A stretch of DNA of 57,337 bases from Candidatus Pacearchaeota archaeon (lineage in GTDB: Archaea; Nanobdellota; Nanobdellia; Pacearchaeales; GW2011-AR1). The number at the start of each line of letters is the position of its first letter. Position 1 is the first letter of the stretch. The notes under the pieces are model-generated. The model worked only from the letters and a program-made list of their open reading frames with translations. It made no database searches and was not told the origin of the DNA. Shown here in pieces: positions 1-9,430 of the stretch. Location: contig JAVHOF010000037.1 in NCBI GenBank assembly GCA_036169915.1, forward strand, positions 1-57,337. Direction: 5' to 3'. The position numbers were made by a program, and so were the translations under genes.

Positions 1-3000
1 AATTGTTATATATCTAGTCTCAGTCATATTTTCATTGCTAGAACTATCTTTTGCAGATGCAAAATATGTATAGGTTCCAACATCCAATCCAGCAGTTGCA
101 TTCTTACTCTGGTTTACATATAAATACCATTGAGTTGAATTGAATTTATTTAAATTTGAAATATAATGCTGATAAGATTCATTAGCAGTTAAACTTCTAT
201 TCCAGATGCGGACTTCATCAACCAAACCTGGAAAATAATAACTATCCATAGAATATCTACTACCTATTGACACAGCTCCTCCTATTGCATGAGGAGTATA
301 ATCTAATTCACTTCCATATTGAGAACCATCAAGATACATTTTCATTTTACTCGTAGAACCATCTAAAACAAAAATCAAATGATGCCAAACATTTGGACTT
401 GGAGAATTACCAAACAATCTCCAAGCACCATCGTAAATTCCTATTTGTCCTGCTGTATCAGAACCCCAGCCAATAAGTATTCTTCCAGTTTGAATATCAA
501 AAATGTATTTACTTGCACTTGTACTATCTCTGGAATTTGCCCAAAATTCTATTGTATGAATTGTACTTGCATCTGTAACTCCGGTAGCCTTAACATAATT
601 ACTACTGCCATCAAAATAACTTCCCCATCCATATTTCCCAGATGAAGAATTAATCACAGCTCCACTCACTGTCCCATTATTTCCATATTTGCTAACATCA
701 ACAACCTTTGTGCTATTCTCTCCAAGAGAACTCAAATTATCAAAATTATACATTAAAACTAAACTATCATTATACAAGGTATAATTAGTTCCATTCCAAT
801 TATATTTCACTTCATTAATATCATTAGTTCCTTTTACAATACTGACATTTATAATAACAGAAGTATTTGTTGTCAAAGTTCCATTAGAAGAAGTTAAAGC
901 AGTAAAATTAACTTGAGGATAAACACTTACATTGACAGTATAACTTCTTGTATCTGAAATATTGAAATTATGTGAACTCCCATTACCATAGGAACTCCAA
1001 TTATAAGAATAAGTTCCATTCAGCAATCCAACAACAGAAACATTATACACATTTGCAGTAACATTTGACGCAGTATAATTAGTTCCATTAATTGATAACC
1101 AAACTGTTCCATTTGTATTGCTAAGAGTTACATTAAATAATCCAGTTCCACTTCCAGCAAGAGATGCATTATTATCTAAATAATTGCTGAATATGGGATA
1201 AGTTATATCTGATTGAAGGATTATTGTTCTTAAATCAGTTGAATTCAAATTATTAGAAGTATCTGTTGCAAATGTTTGATAAGTATAAGTACCATAATCA
1301 AGTCCCGTTGTTGCATTCTTTGATTGATTCACATACAAATACCATTGAGTTTGATTATATTTTTGTAGATTGCTTATATAAAGCTGTTGAATTTCAGAGG
1401 CAGATAATGTCCGATTATAAATCATAAAATTATCTATATTTCCAGTAATAGAATCACTATATCCTATTCCTATGTGCAGTTCTGGACCCATTGTACAAGT
1501 AGCAGCACATTCACTATTTACTTCTTGAACACCATTAAAATAAATTTTACTAGTTGAACCATTTCTAGTCCATACAATGAAAGACCAATTTCCTGCACTT
1601 AATGTAGTAGTAGTTGCAGCAGTATAACACGCATTACATGGAAGCGCCCTAATAGTTCCTGTAGCCATCAATTGCAGATATCTATCTGGACTTGAATCTT
1701 GTAAAGCATTTCCAGATTCAAAAATTCCATCCACTGCTCCAACAGATGCTTTAATCCACAATGCAAAAGTTTCATTAATACCTGTACCACTACCTCCAGT
1801 TATATCAGCCTTGCTAACCTTAATATAACTATTACTTCCACTAAAAGTATAGCAATTTCCAAATTTACAATTAGTTGTATTTAAAACTGCATTAGTAACT
1901 GTCCCATTATTTCCATACTTGCTCATATCAACAACCTTTGTGCTATTCTCACCAAGAGCAGATAAATTATCAAAATTCATCATCAATACAAGAGAATCAT
2001 TGTACAAAGTATAATTTGTTCCATTCCAATTATACTTTAATTCTGATAAATCAGCAGCATTTCCTATGCTTATATTAATTATTACATTTGTTGATGTTTG
2101 CCTGGTATTATTTTCAGGAGTTGGAGCAATAAAGGAAATATTATAACTTCCTGCAGGGTCAACAATATAATCAAAACTAACTGGATTATCTAAAACTTTC
2201 AAATCAAAAACTTTATTTGATTCTCCTTCATTTAGATTATTTAAATAAACTTTATAATAATTTTCTCCTGAAATATTTGTGAATCTTGCTATTTCTTCAT
2301 CTGAATCCTGCCTATAAACAGAAATGTCAGCAGAATTATTTTTAGTACTTTTTGCATAAATAGTAATATCATTGTTTTTTGTGAGGTTTTTTGAAAAATA
2401 AGCTCTTACAAATTGATTAATACCTATTTCTTCACTCCAATTTCCATCTAATTCTTTTGTGCTTTCATAAATATTGTTTACATAACTTCTCTTTTCATCC
2501 AAATGCTCTGCATTTGAAATAGGAATAATAATTAAGGTTGGGTCTAGTTCAATAATATTTCCAACTTTTTTATCTGTATCTGTAAAATCCCTTTCAATAT
2601 AAACAGTTATTGTATTATTATATTTTATATCAGAAATTTCAGTTATATTTTCAGTTACTCCCACAACTTTTCCTGCAAATCCAACAATTGCCTTTCCACT
2701 CAATGCAATTGCTTTTCCAGTTAATTTAATGAATTTTATAATTTGCCCAGTAAGACTAGTTTCAGTAGGAGATGTTTCAGTTGGAGTAGTTTCTATAGGA
2801 ACTTTGATAATTGTTTTAGCAGGTATCTGTTCTGCTGGTTGTTCAACAGAAGTTTCTGAATTTTTTTTATCTTCTTTTATTTCGGTTTTTGTTTCTTTTT
2901 GTTGTTGCTTTTCTTCTTTTGCTTCTTCTTTAGTAATCTGTTGTTCAGAAGGTATTGTTTCAGTTGGAGTTGTTTCAATAGGAATCTGCTCTGTTGCAGG

Positions 3001-4341
3001 TTGGGATGGTTCTTCTGTTATGTTTTCCTGTTCTGGAAATTTTATCTTTTCTGTTGCATTAATTTCTAAAGTTTTATTTGTTTCAATTATATCTGGAATT
3101 GTTTTATTAATGCTAACATTAGAAACTGGAATTGTAATATTAGTCTCATTTATATTTCCAATTGTTTCATTTATTCCAGTAACATTGGCGATTGTAAAAT
3201 TTTCTTTTTCAGTTATGTTTTTAATAATAGTTAGGTTTTCTTTAGGAATATTAATTGTTAGATTTATTGGAATTTCTAAATTTGGTGTTTCAAATCTAAT
3301 TTTATATCCTTGTTTTTCCAAGTCAGCAAAAGACAATAGGTTTCTTCCAATTCTCAAAGAATAGTTATTATAAACAGAAATAGTTTGATTGGATGTAACA
3401 TCAATTTTAGCCATGAACTTTAAATCATTTAACTTAACCTTATAGCCCCATTTATATTCTGGAGTTTTATTATTAATTTTAGAAGTATTTACATTTATGT
3501 CAAAGTTTTCAGCAGAAATTATTGAATTATCAGCTATTTCTTCAATTTCTTTTTTAGTCAGGCTATCTGCTGTTTCTTTTATTTCATTTATATTTTGGAT
3601 ATTTGTTTGAGGATTTTCTGTTTGAGTCTCTGGAATTTCTAAGATAGTTCCATCTGATTCATTAGTTTGATTTTCTATATTATTTAAATCAGTTGAATCA
3701 GTGATATTAGTTTGATTAATAGATTCAATATTGGTTTCATTGGATTCTTTAGTAATAGTTTCATTTAAATCTAGAACTGCATTTCCACTTATTCCAATAA
3801 CTGAACTTGAACTTATTTTGTTTGATGAACTATAAATAGAACTATCTAAGTTAGCTATATTTTCAACAAACTCACTGTAATTTAGCAGGTCAAAATATAA
3901 TCTTAAATTCCCATTTTCCAGCTGAAAATCCATTCTCTTATTTTTGTTTTTTGTAATTGGTTCTCTAACTCCAAGCAGTCCAGAATTTATAGGCTGTTTA
4001 ATATTTAAGTCAATAGAATCAGTATTAAATGTTTCAACAATTGTCTCAGCGTTTATCACTCCTTCTGAAATATTCTGATTTATTGCAAATCCTACTAATT
4101 TCTCGTTTATATTAGAATTCAGAAAAATTAAGAATAATAAAGATAATAAAAATATGGCAATGAACAAAAAAACAAGCCATTTGTTAGAAAAACTTGCAGG
4201 AGTAAAAGTTTTATTGTTGACTTTGACAGCATCTCTTGTTACATATTTCTTTTTTGTCTTGCCAGTTTCATCTCTGTAGCTTTGATAATAGTAAGGTCCA
4301 TATTTTTTTCCATTTATATAGAAATATCTTTTATATGCCAT
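1..4341 (-). CDS. Large membrane-anchored surface protein with tandem LamG/concanavalin-like jelly-roll modules (partial; runs off the window at position 1)
   Basis: My own minus-strand translation starts at the ATG at 4341 (MAYKRYFYINGKKYGPYYYQSYRDETGK...). A TM helix follows (WLVFLFIAIFLLSLLFLIFL) and the frame stays open for 1447 codons to position 1. Two copies of the module NWNGTNYTLYNDSLVLM.NFDNLS.LGENSTKVVD.SKYGNNGTV are present, and each module ends in a different LamG_3-like motif (LVDEVRIWNRSLTANE in one, NIDNFMIYNRTLSASE in the other). N-x-S/T sequons are very frequent. The ORF is missing from the supplied track only because it is open-ended. Confidence 0.85.
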   Translation of the reverse strand, partial: MAYKRYFYINGKKYGPYYYQSYRDETGKTKKKYVTRDAVKVNNKTFTPASFSNKWLVFLFIAIFLLSLLFLIFLNSNINEKLVGFAINQNISEGVINAETIVETFNTDSIDLNIKQPINSGLLGVREPITKNKNKRMDFQLENGNLRLYFDLLNYSEFVENIANLDSSIYSSSNKISSSSVIGISGNAVLDLNETITKESNETNIESINQTNITDSTDLNNIENQTNESDGTILEIPETQTENPQTNIQNINEIKETADSLTKKEIEEIADNSIISAENFDINVNTSKINNKTPEYKWGYKVKLNDLKFMAKIDVTSNQTISVYNNYSLRIGRNLLSFADLEKQGYKIRFETPNLEIPINLTINIPKENLTIIKNITEKENFTIANVTGINETIGNINETNITIPVSNVSINKTIPDIIETNKTLEINATEKIKFPEQENITEEPSQPATEQIPIETTPTETIPSEQQITKEEAKEEKQQQKETKTEIKEDKKNSETSVEQPAEQIPAKTIIKVPIETTPTETSPTETSLTGQIIKFIKLTGKAIALSGKAIVGFAGKVVGVTENITEISDIKYNNTITVYIERDFTDTDKKVGNIIELDPTLIIIPISNAEHLDEKRSYVNNIYESTKELDGNWSEEIGINQFVRAYFSKNLTKNNDITIYAKSTKNNSADISVYRQDSDEEIARFTNISGENYYKVYLNNLNEGESNKVFDLKVLDNPVSFDYIVDPAGSYNISFIAPTPENNTRQTSTNVIINISIGNAADLSELKYNWNGTNYTLYNDSLVLMMNFDNLSALGENSTKVVDMSKYGNNGTVTNAVLNTTNCKFGNCYTFSGSNSYIKVSKADITGGSGTGINETFALWIKASVGAVDGIFESGNALQDSSPDRYLQLMATGTIRALPCNACYTAATTTTLSAGNWSFIVWTRNGSTSKIYFNGVQEVNSECAATCTMGPELHIGIGYSDSITGNIDNFMIYNRTLSASEIQQLYISNLQKYNQTQWYLYVNQSKNATTGLDYGTYTYQTFATDTSNNLNSTDLRTIILQSDITYPIFSNYLDNNASLAGSGTGLFNVTLSNTNGTVWLSINGTNYTASNVTANVYNVSVVGLLNGTYSYNWSSYGNGSSHNFNISDTRSYTVNVSVYPQVNFTALTSSNGTLTTNTSVIINVSIVKGTNDINEVKYNWNGTNYTLYNDSLVLMYNFDNLSSLGENSTKVVDVSKYGNNGTVSGAVINSSSGKYGWGSYFDGSSNYVKATGVTDASTIHTIEFWANSRDSTSASKYIFDIQTGRILIGWGSDTAGQIGIYDGAWRLFGNSPSPNVWHHLIFVLDGSTSKMKMYLDGSQYGSELDYTPHAIGGAVSIGSRYSMDSYYFPGLVDEVRIWNRSLTANESYQHYISNLNKFNSTQWYLYVNQSKNATAGLDVGTYTYFASAKDSSSNENMTETRYITI
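60..2100 (-). repeat. Tandem duplication of about 1.2 kb inside the surface-protein gene (two LamG-containing units)
   Basis: DNA and protein blocks recur with an offset of about 1215-1230 nt. Examples are about 100-170 versus 1315-1385 and about 735-815 versus 1965-2045. Boundaries are approximate. Confidence 0.6.
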
Positions 4342-4468
4342 CTCTTTTTATTATAATTACAATTAGAGGCTATTTAAAATTTGCTTTTTATAAGAATAAT
4401 CTGCAGGAGTAAAAATATTTTCTACAAAAAATAGTTTGAAATTTGCTAAAAAAGGTAGAATAATAAGA

Positions 4469-4882
4469 CTATTTCTTAATTTTCAATTCATCAACCAACT
4501 TTCTAACTCTTTTTTTAATATTATCAACCCTTTTTCTAATTCCATCAATATCTTTTTCATCGCAATCTTTTATTTTCCACCATATTATCTTTCCACTATA
4601 GCTATTTTTAAAAAATTCAGGTTGAACATTATTAGCAACAATGATAATCATATTATAATCATTAATTTTTTTAACATCAACTCTTCTTGGAACTCCTCCA
4701 ACCACATAACCTTTTGCTTTCATGATCTTGATAACACTTTCAGAAACATAAAGATGCATTTCATCGATTAAAATTCCAGAGCTTTCAGCAACAATCTTCT
4801 TGTTTTTATTCAATGAATTAAAAATAGCCTCTCCAACTTTGCTTCTAAACCTATTATGTTTGCAGATAAATAAGATTTTCAT
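4469..4882 (-). CDS. Low-molecular-weight phosphotyrosine phosphatase / ArsC-like phosphatase
   Basis: MKILFICKHNRFRS carries the C-x5-R-S P-loop signature of LMW-PTPs. I prefer the ATG at 4882 over 4906 because it directly follows the upstream stop codon. Confidence 0.75.
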   Translation of the reverse strand: MKILFICKHNRFRSKVGEAIFNSLNKNKKIVAESSGILIDEMHLYVSESVIKIMKAKGYVVGGVPRRVDVKKINDYNMIIIVANNVQPEFFKNSYSGKIIWWKIKDCDEKDIDGIRKRVDNIKKRVRKLVDELKIKK

Positions 4883-4883
4883 G

Positions 4884-5216
4884 TTAATAATAAAATCTCC
4901 TTTCATAATCTTTATGATTAAACCATTCTAATATAACTGATAAAATTTCCACCCTATTCAAAGGGTTTAAAGTATAAATCAATCTCCAGCCACTAGGTAA
5001 ATCATATTTCCATAAATTATTTATTTTGTATTTTATAATATATTCTCTAGGAAAAAGTCTTTTAGGAATTTGAATTCCACAATAAGCATTAATCTGCATA
5101 TCGAGTATAGCCCTTTTAATTGATTTTTTCAAATCATCATTATCATCAAGTTCTCCAAATGCCTCTTGAATTCTGTCATTAGCAAAAACAACTTCAGAGG
5201 ATTTTAGGATTCTCAT
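4884..5216 (-). CDS. RelE/ParE-superfamily toxin-like protein
   Basis: The C-terminal pattern NLWKYDLPSGWRLIYTL...VEILSVILEWFNHKDYERRF resembles the RelE/ParE core (LW.YR.G.YRIIY...I..I.H...Y). The gene overlaps the upstream gene by 1 nt. Confidence 0.5.
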   Translation of the reverse strand: MRILKSSEVVFANDRIQEAFGELDDNDDLKKSIKRAILDMQINAYCGIQIPKRLFPREYIIKYKINNLWKYDLPSGWRLIYTLNPLNRVEILSVILEWFNHKDYERRFYY

Positions 5217-5491
5217 TATAATTTAATCCTTTTTCTATTCATGAAAAGTTTAGTAGATTCAGGATTCCATATATAAGCAAGAGTCCCATTTCGATCCATT
5301 GCAATTTTATTTATACTCTGCAAATAATCTAAAACAACAAGATATGTTTGCCACATTACTTTTTTTGGAAGCTTTTTCCACAATTTTGTTCTATTAAACT
5401 CTCCGCTATATTTATTGATAGTTTTTTCAACCATTAAAACCGTATCAAGTGTAGGGCTTCTTGCAATAAAATTTGTTATTACATTTTCCAT
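5216..5491 (-). CDS. Small hypothetical protein, possible winged-helix partner of the RelE-like gene
   Basis: The ORF is in the track. I prefer the internal start MENVITNF... because the upstream extension is hydrophobic, low-complexity sequence. The stop overlaps the start of the RelE-like gene. Confidence 0.45.
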   Translation of the reverse strand: MENVITNFIARSPTLDTVLMVEKTINKYSGEFNRTKLWKKLPKKVMWQTYLVVLDYLQSINKIAMDRNGTLAYIWNPESTKLFMNRKRIKL

Positions 5492-5641
5492 AATATATTG
5501 TATATCAATTGATATATAAATCTTTTTATTAAAGCAAATAACATACGCTAACATTTCTATATTTATAGTATTTAAAAAATCAAAAAAACATTTTGTCACC
5601 TAGCTAGCTCAAAAATAGAAAATAATTATTTTTTCCTATCT

Positions 5642-7882
5642 TCAATTTTCTTCTTTTACTCTTGTCTCAACAAATTTACCTGCATCTTTAAATAGGATTT
5701 CTTGATTAATTAATTTTCTTAAAATATCTCTTAAATCTGAGATTTTAACTTTGATTTGCTTTGTTGAATCTCTATCTCTTATTGTAACTTCTTTATTTTT
5801 AATACTATCTTCATCAATAGTTATACAATAAGGGGTTCCTATTTCATCATTTCTTGCATATCTCCTTCCAATACTTCCTGTTCTATCATAAAGTATTTTG
5901 AATTCTTTTCTTAAATCTTTGACAATTTTATCTGCAAGACTTTCATATTCTGGCTGTTTTACAATTGGAAAAACAGCTGCTTTTATTGGTGAGAGCTTTG
6001 GATTTAGTTTTAGAATAATATTATTTCTAATGGTATCATGGAAATAGGAATCAAACATGAAAACCAGGAAAGCCCTTTCAACTCCAAGACTTGGTTCGCA
6101 GACAACATGAGGGATAAATGTTTTTCCATTTTCATTTATTTCCATTTTTTCTCCTGAGAACTTTTGATGCTGAGATAAATCAAAATTTCCCCTATTTGCA
6201 AATCCCTGCAATTCTCTCCACCCCATTGGAAATTTATATTCCAAATCCCAGGTATCGATTGCATAGTGGCTTTTTTCATCTGAACAGTGCTGGCGTACAC
6301 GAAATTTCATTGGATTTGCTCCTAGGGAAATGAACCATTGGTATTCCTGAGCAATCCAGTATGCATGCCAGTCTGTTTTTATTATTTTATTCTCCCATGC
6401 ATTATAAATATTCATTAGTTCTGGTTCTTGGTTGTTCTTTTGCATTTCTTCGCTGTAAATCAATATTTCAGCATCTTTTATTTCATTCATGTATGAACAC
6501 GGCATTTCTGGAGAAATAAAATATTCAATTTCCATTTGTTCAAATTCCCTGCTTCTGAACAAGAATTCTCTTGGAGAAATTTCATTTCTGAAAGATTTTC
6601 CCACCTGAGATATTCCAAAAGGAAATTTCATTCTTGAGTTTTCCATAACAAGTTTGAAGTCTGCGAAAATCAACTGAGCTGTTTCAGGTCTTAGATAAGC
6701 TTTGATAGAATCTTCTTTTATTGGGCCTACTTGAGTTACGAACATTGGATTAAATTCTCCTTTATTTTCATATTCTCCTCCACATTTGTCGCATTTAACT
6801 TTTCCAAATTCATGTTTGTCAATTTTAGTCTTGTTTTTGCATTTTTTACAGATAACTGCCAAGTCAACAAAACTTGAAACATGCCCTGAAGCTTCCCATA
6901 CTTTTGGGTTTGTGATTATTGCTCCATCAATTCCAACCATGTCGTCTCTTTGATGAACATGAAATTTCCACCATTCTTTTTTAATATTATTTTTAAATTC
7001 ACTTCCTAAATGCCCAAAGTCCCAAAAACCTCCTAGTCCTCCATAGATTTCTCCGCTTGAATAAACAAAACCTTTTCTTTTGCAAAAATTAGCCAAATCT
7101 TCAATTGTTATGTTTGTGCTTTCTTGTCTCTCTTTTGATTCTTGGATTATTTCTTTTGCTTCTTCTAAATAATAATCCCAACTAGGTTGCCATTTTCCTT
7201 TTTTTCTCCAATCTTCTTTTATAGCTTGTTCCCAAGTTTTTTTATTTAATAAAACTTCGATGGCTAATTGTGGTGCTTTATGAGCAACAATTGCAATATT
7301 TTTTCCATTATACTCTTTGGATAAAAAATTTAGAAAATCTTTTATTCTTTTTTCAACATCTTTTAAACTTTCTCCATTAGGGAATGGATTATTAATATGA
7401 TTTTCATAATTAATTTTTTCCTCTTTAGCTTGATTTAAATTACCATAATCACATTCTCTTAATCTTTTATCTTGAATAATCTTATATTTTCCTTTAAAAC
7501 TTATTTCAGCAGAATCAATAGCTCTCTTTAAATCAGAGCAAAAAACAATATCATATTTTTCATTTTTAATCTGACTAGGGAGCTCTTGAGATTGTTTTAT
7601 TCCTAAATTGGATAATTCACCATCTGCTTGACCAGTAGAAATTCCTTTTTCATTATCTATAGTTGTTCCATGAACAAAATAGGTTATTTTAATTCCTTTT
7701 ATCTCTTCTAAATTTTCTTCGGATTTCATGCTTTTCATTATTTCTTCTGCTTTTTTTTCAGCTTCTTGTTTATTTTTTCCGAGATATGCAATGCACTCGC
7801 TTATTACTTTATCTGCTTTTCTTACACTTTTCTGCAAATAATAATAGTCTTTTCCTGCAACTTTCTTTTTAACAATGAACAT
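5642..7882 (-). CDS. glyS: Glycine--tRNA ligase (archaeal/eukaryotic alpha2 type) fused to an N-terminal histidine-phosphatase (PGM-family) domain
   Basis: The C-terminal 480 aa or so carry GlyRS motifs (GEIYGGLGGFWDFGHLG, LRPETAQ, FRNEISPR, EPSLGVERA, and an anticodon-binding domain). Residues 63-245 or so match the histidine phosphatase fold (FVHGTT.., SDLKRAIDSAE, ECDYGN, VAHKA). Confidence 0.9.
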   Translation of the reverse strand: MFIVKKKVAGKDYYYLQKSVRKADKVISECIAYLGKNKQEAEKKAEEIMKSMKSEENLEEIKGIKITYFVHGTTIDNEKGISTGQADGELSNLGIKQSQELPSQIKNEKYDIVFCSDLKRAIDSAEISFKGKYKIIQDKRLRECDYGNLNQAKEEKINYENHINNPFPNGESLKDVEKRIKDFLNFLSKEYNGKNIAIVAHKAPQLAIEVLLNKKTWEQAIKEDWRKKGKWQPSWDYYLEEAKEIIQESKERQESTNITIEDLANFCKRKGFVYSSGEIYGGLGGFWDFGHLGSEFKNNIKKEWWKFHVHQRDDMVGIDGAIITNPKVWEASGHVSSFVDLAVICKKCKNKTKIDKHEFGKVKCDKCGGEYENKGEFNPMFVTQVGPIKEDSIKAYLRPETAQLIFADFKLVMENSRMKFPFGISQVGKSFRNEISPREFLFRSREFEQMEIEYFISPEMPCSYMNEIKDAEILIYSEEMQKNNQEPELMNIYNAWENKIIKTDWHAYWIAQEYQWFISLGANPMKFRVRQHCSDEKSHYAIDTWDLEYKFPMGWRELQGFANRGNFDLSQHQKFSGEKMEINENGKTFIPHVVCEPSLGVERAFLVFMFDSYFHDTIRNNIILKLNPKLSPIKAAVFPIVKQPEYESLADKIVKDLRKEFKILYDRTGSIGRRYARNDEIGTPYCITIDEDSIKNKEVTIRDRDSTKQIKVKISDLRDILRKLINQEILFKDAGKFVETRVKEEN

Positions 7883-7913
7883 GATTTAGGAACTACAAAG
7901 AAGTTTAAAAAAC

Positions 7914-8732
7914 TTACTCCAGTAAAATACCAACTTCTTTTTTACTGATATTTGGAAATCTTTTGGTATAAGATGAAATCATTTGTTCCATAACTTCTAA
8001 GCTTTTGTAAAGTATTTCTAAAGCTCTTTCTGGATTAGTTAATGTTTTGTCTAGTCTTTTTATATTATCTAGAGTTGTATTAATTTCAGAAAGTATATCA
8101 TAGTTAACAGAATCTAACAAAGTTTCTAATTTTTTTTGAGCAAAATGTCTTCCTGTAATGACTTTACGAGTTCTTAACCATATTAATTTTTTAGGAAATT
8201 TTGCAACTTTGTCTATGGCAGATTCAACTATTTCTTCAAAATCTTTTTGAGATTGATGAAGATTAGTTAGAGAGTATAGGACTGCATTTCTTACACCTCT
8301 TGGACCTGAAAAATTAAATGCAGCGGTATGTAATGTCCCATATCTTGGATCCAAACCATTCATTTGAGAAAGAGTGTTTGGTCCGCATAAAATCTTTGCT
8401 CTTTTTTTCAACCAATCTGTATAATCTTTAGTATATGAAAGAAATCTTCCATCCTGAATAGTTTCTCTGTCTAGTAAATTGAATTGAGTTTTAATTCTGT
8501 TTCTTGATAATGCCCAGCTTAAAATTTGAGATATATCTCTTATTTGAGTTTCATCAGTAATTATTCTAGAATCTAAAACTAGAAAACCATCTATATCCGC
8601 TTTTCCATAAACACATGTTTTTTGTTGATATGAACCATAATAACCAAAACTTACTTTAGAATGCCTTTTGGAGAGTTGAGAGCTGAAATCATACATGAAT
8701 TTTTCATAGTTTTCTTGAGTAGGTCTTATCAT
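7914..8732 (-). CDS. Pol-beta-superfamily nucleotidyltransferase-fold protein
   Basis: GYYGSYQQKTCVYGKADIDGFLVLD fits the G[SG]-x(9-13)-DxD minimal NTase motif. The C-terminal half is helical. Confidence 0.55.
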   Translation of the reverse strand: MIRPTQENYEKFMYDFSSQLSKRHSKVSFGYYGSYQQKTCVYGKADIDGFLVLDSRIITDETQIRDISQILSWALSRNRIKTQFNLLDRETIQDGRFLSYTKDYTDWLKKRAKILCGPNTLSQMNGLDPRYGTLHTAAFNFSGPRGVRNAVLYSLTNLHQSQKDFEEIVESAIDKVAKFPKKLIWLRTRKVITGRHFAQKKLETLLDSVNYDILSEINTTLDNIKRLDKTLTNPERALEILYKSLEVMEQMISSYTKRFPNISKKEVGILLE

Positions 8733-8797
8733 AAATCTTTAATTTAAAGTTATTTTTTAAATAAATAGGTTGTAAAGAATATAGTTTCTAGTAAATT

Positions 8798-9430
8798 TTA
8801 TCCTAAATATCTTACTCTGCCAGGCTTAGGCTCATAGATAACTCCTTCTTCAAGAAGTTTTTTAATTTCTTGAGTTATTAATTCAGGAGGAGATTTTATT
8901 TTCATGATTATATCTTCTTTTTCAATACCTTCATTGGATTCTGATATTTTTATTAAATTAATTATTTCATCTCTTAATACTTTTATTTCTTGTTTTTGAA
9001 CAGGAGTACTATAATTATAGGATTTTTCAATTTCAAGTTTTCTTACTAGAAGATATCTTGGGTCTTGTTTTTTAATAAGTTCGGGGATAATGTATAATTC
9101 GTTATTAAAAAATCTTAAAACACCTATTAATAATAATGTATCTCCCTGAGAAATATCATTAAACTTATTGATATCTTCTCCAAAAAGTCTTGCTCTTACC
9201 TGTCCACTACCATCGTCAACAGTTATTGAAGCAAATCTTTTGTCTCCCTGACTTTCATATTTATCAACAACATTTGCAATTATATTCACTCTTACAATCT
9301 GTCTGTTTCCTAGCTCTAAGAATTTAAGTCTTTTATTCATGTCTTCTGAATCTTGAAAAATAGGATTGCCTCTTAATAAGTCTCCAATTCTTAATTTATG
9401 GGCTGTTTCTCTTTTTTTAAATTCAGGCAT
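8798..9430 (-). CDS. RPA-like single-stranded-DNA-binding protein (OB fold plus C-terminal winged helix)
   Basis: The OB-fold-like core is VRVNIIANVVDKYES...ASITVDDGSGQVRARLFGED. The C-terminus EEGVIYEPKPGRVRYLG resembles the winged-helix tail of the adjacent MCM (EKGDIYEPRTGYIQ). The gene lies just downstream of mcm. Confidence 0.6.
   Translation of the reverse strand: MPEFKKRETAHKLRIGDLLRGNPIFQDSEDMNKRLKFLELGNRQIVRVNIIANVVDKYESQGDKRFASITVDDGSGQVRARLFGEDINKFNDISQGDTLLLIGVLRFFNNELYIIPELIKKQDPRYLLVRKLEIEKSYNYSTPVQKQEIKVLRDEIINLIKISESNEGIEKEDIIMKIKSPPELITQEIKKLLEEGVIYEPKPGRVRYLG

Noticed and set aside
2729-3364. A 211-aa plus-strand ORF (and 379..645) listed in the track within the first 4.3 kb
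   Set aside because: These are low-complexity hydrophobic translations lying antisense to the long uninterrupted minus-strand surface-protein frame. They are shadow ORFs.
7914-8732. Possible fused MNT-HEPN module, suggested by the R-x6-H stretch (RKVITGRH) in the C-terminal half of the nucleotidyltransferase
   Set aside because: A single loose motif match in a basic helical region is not enough evidence. I report the protein only as an NTase-fold protein.
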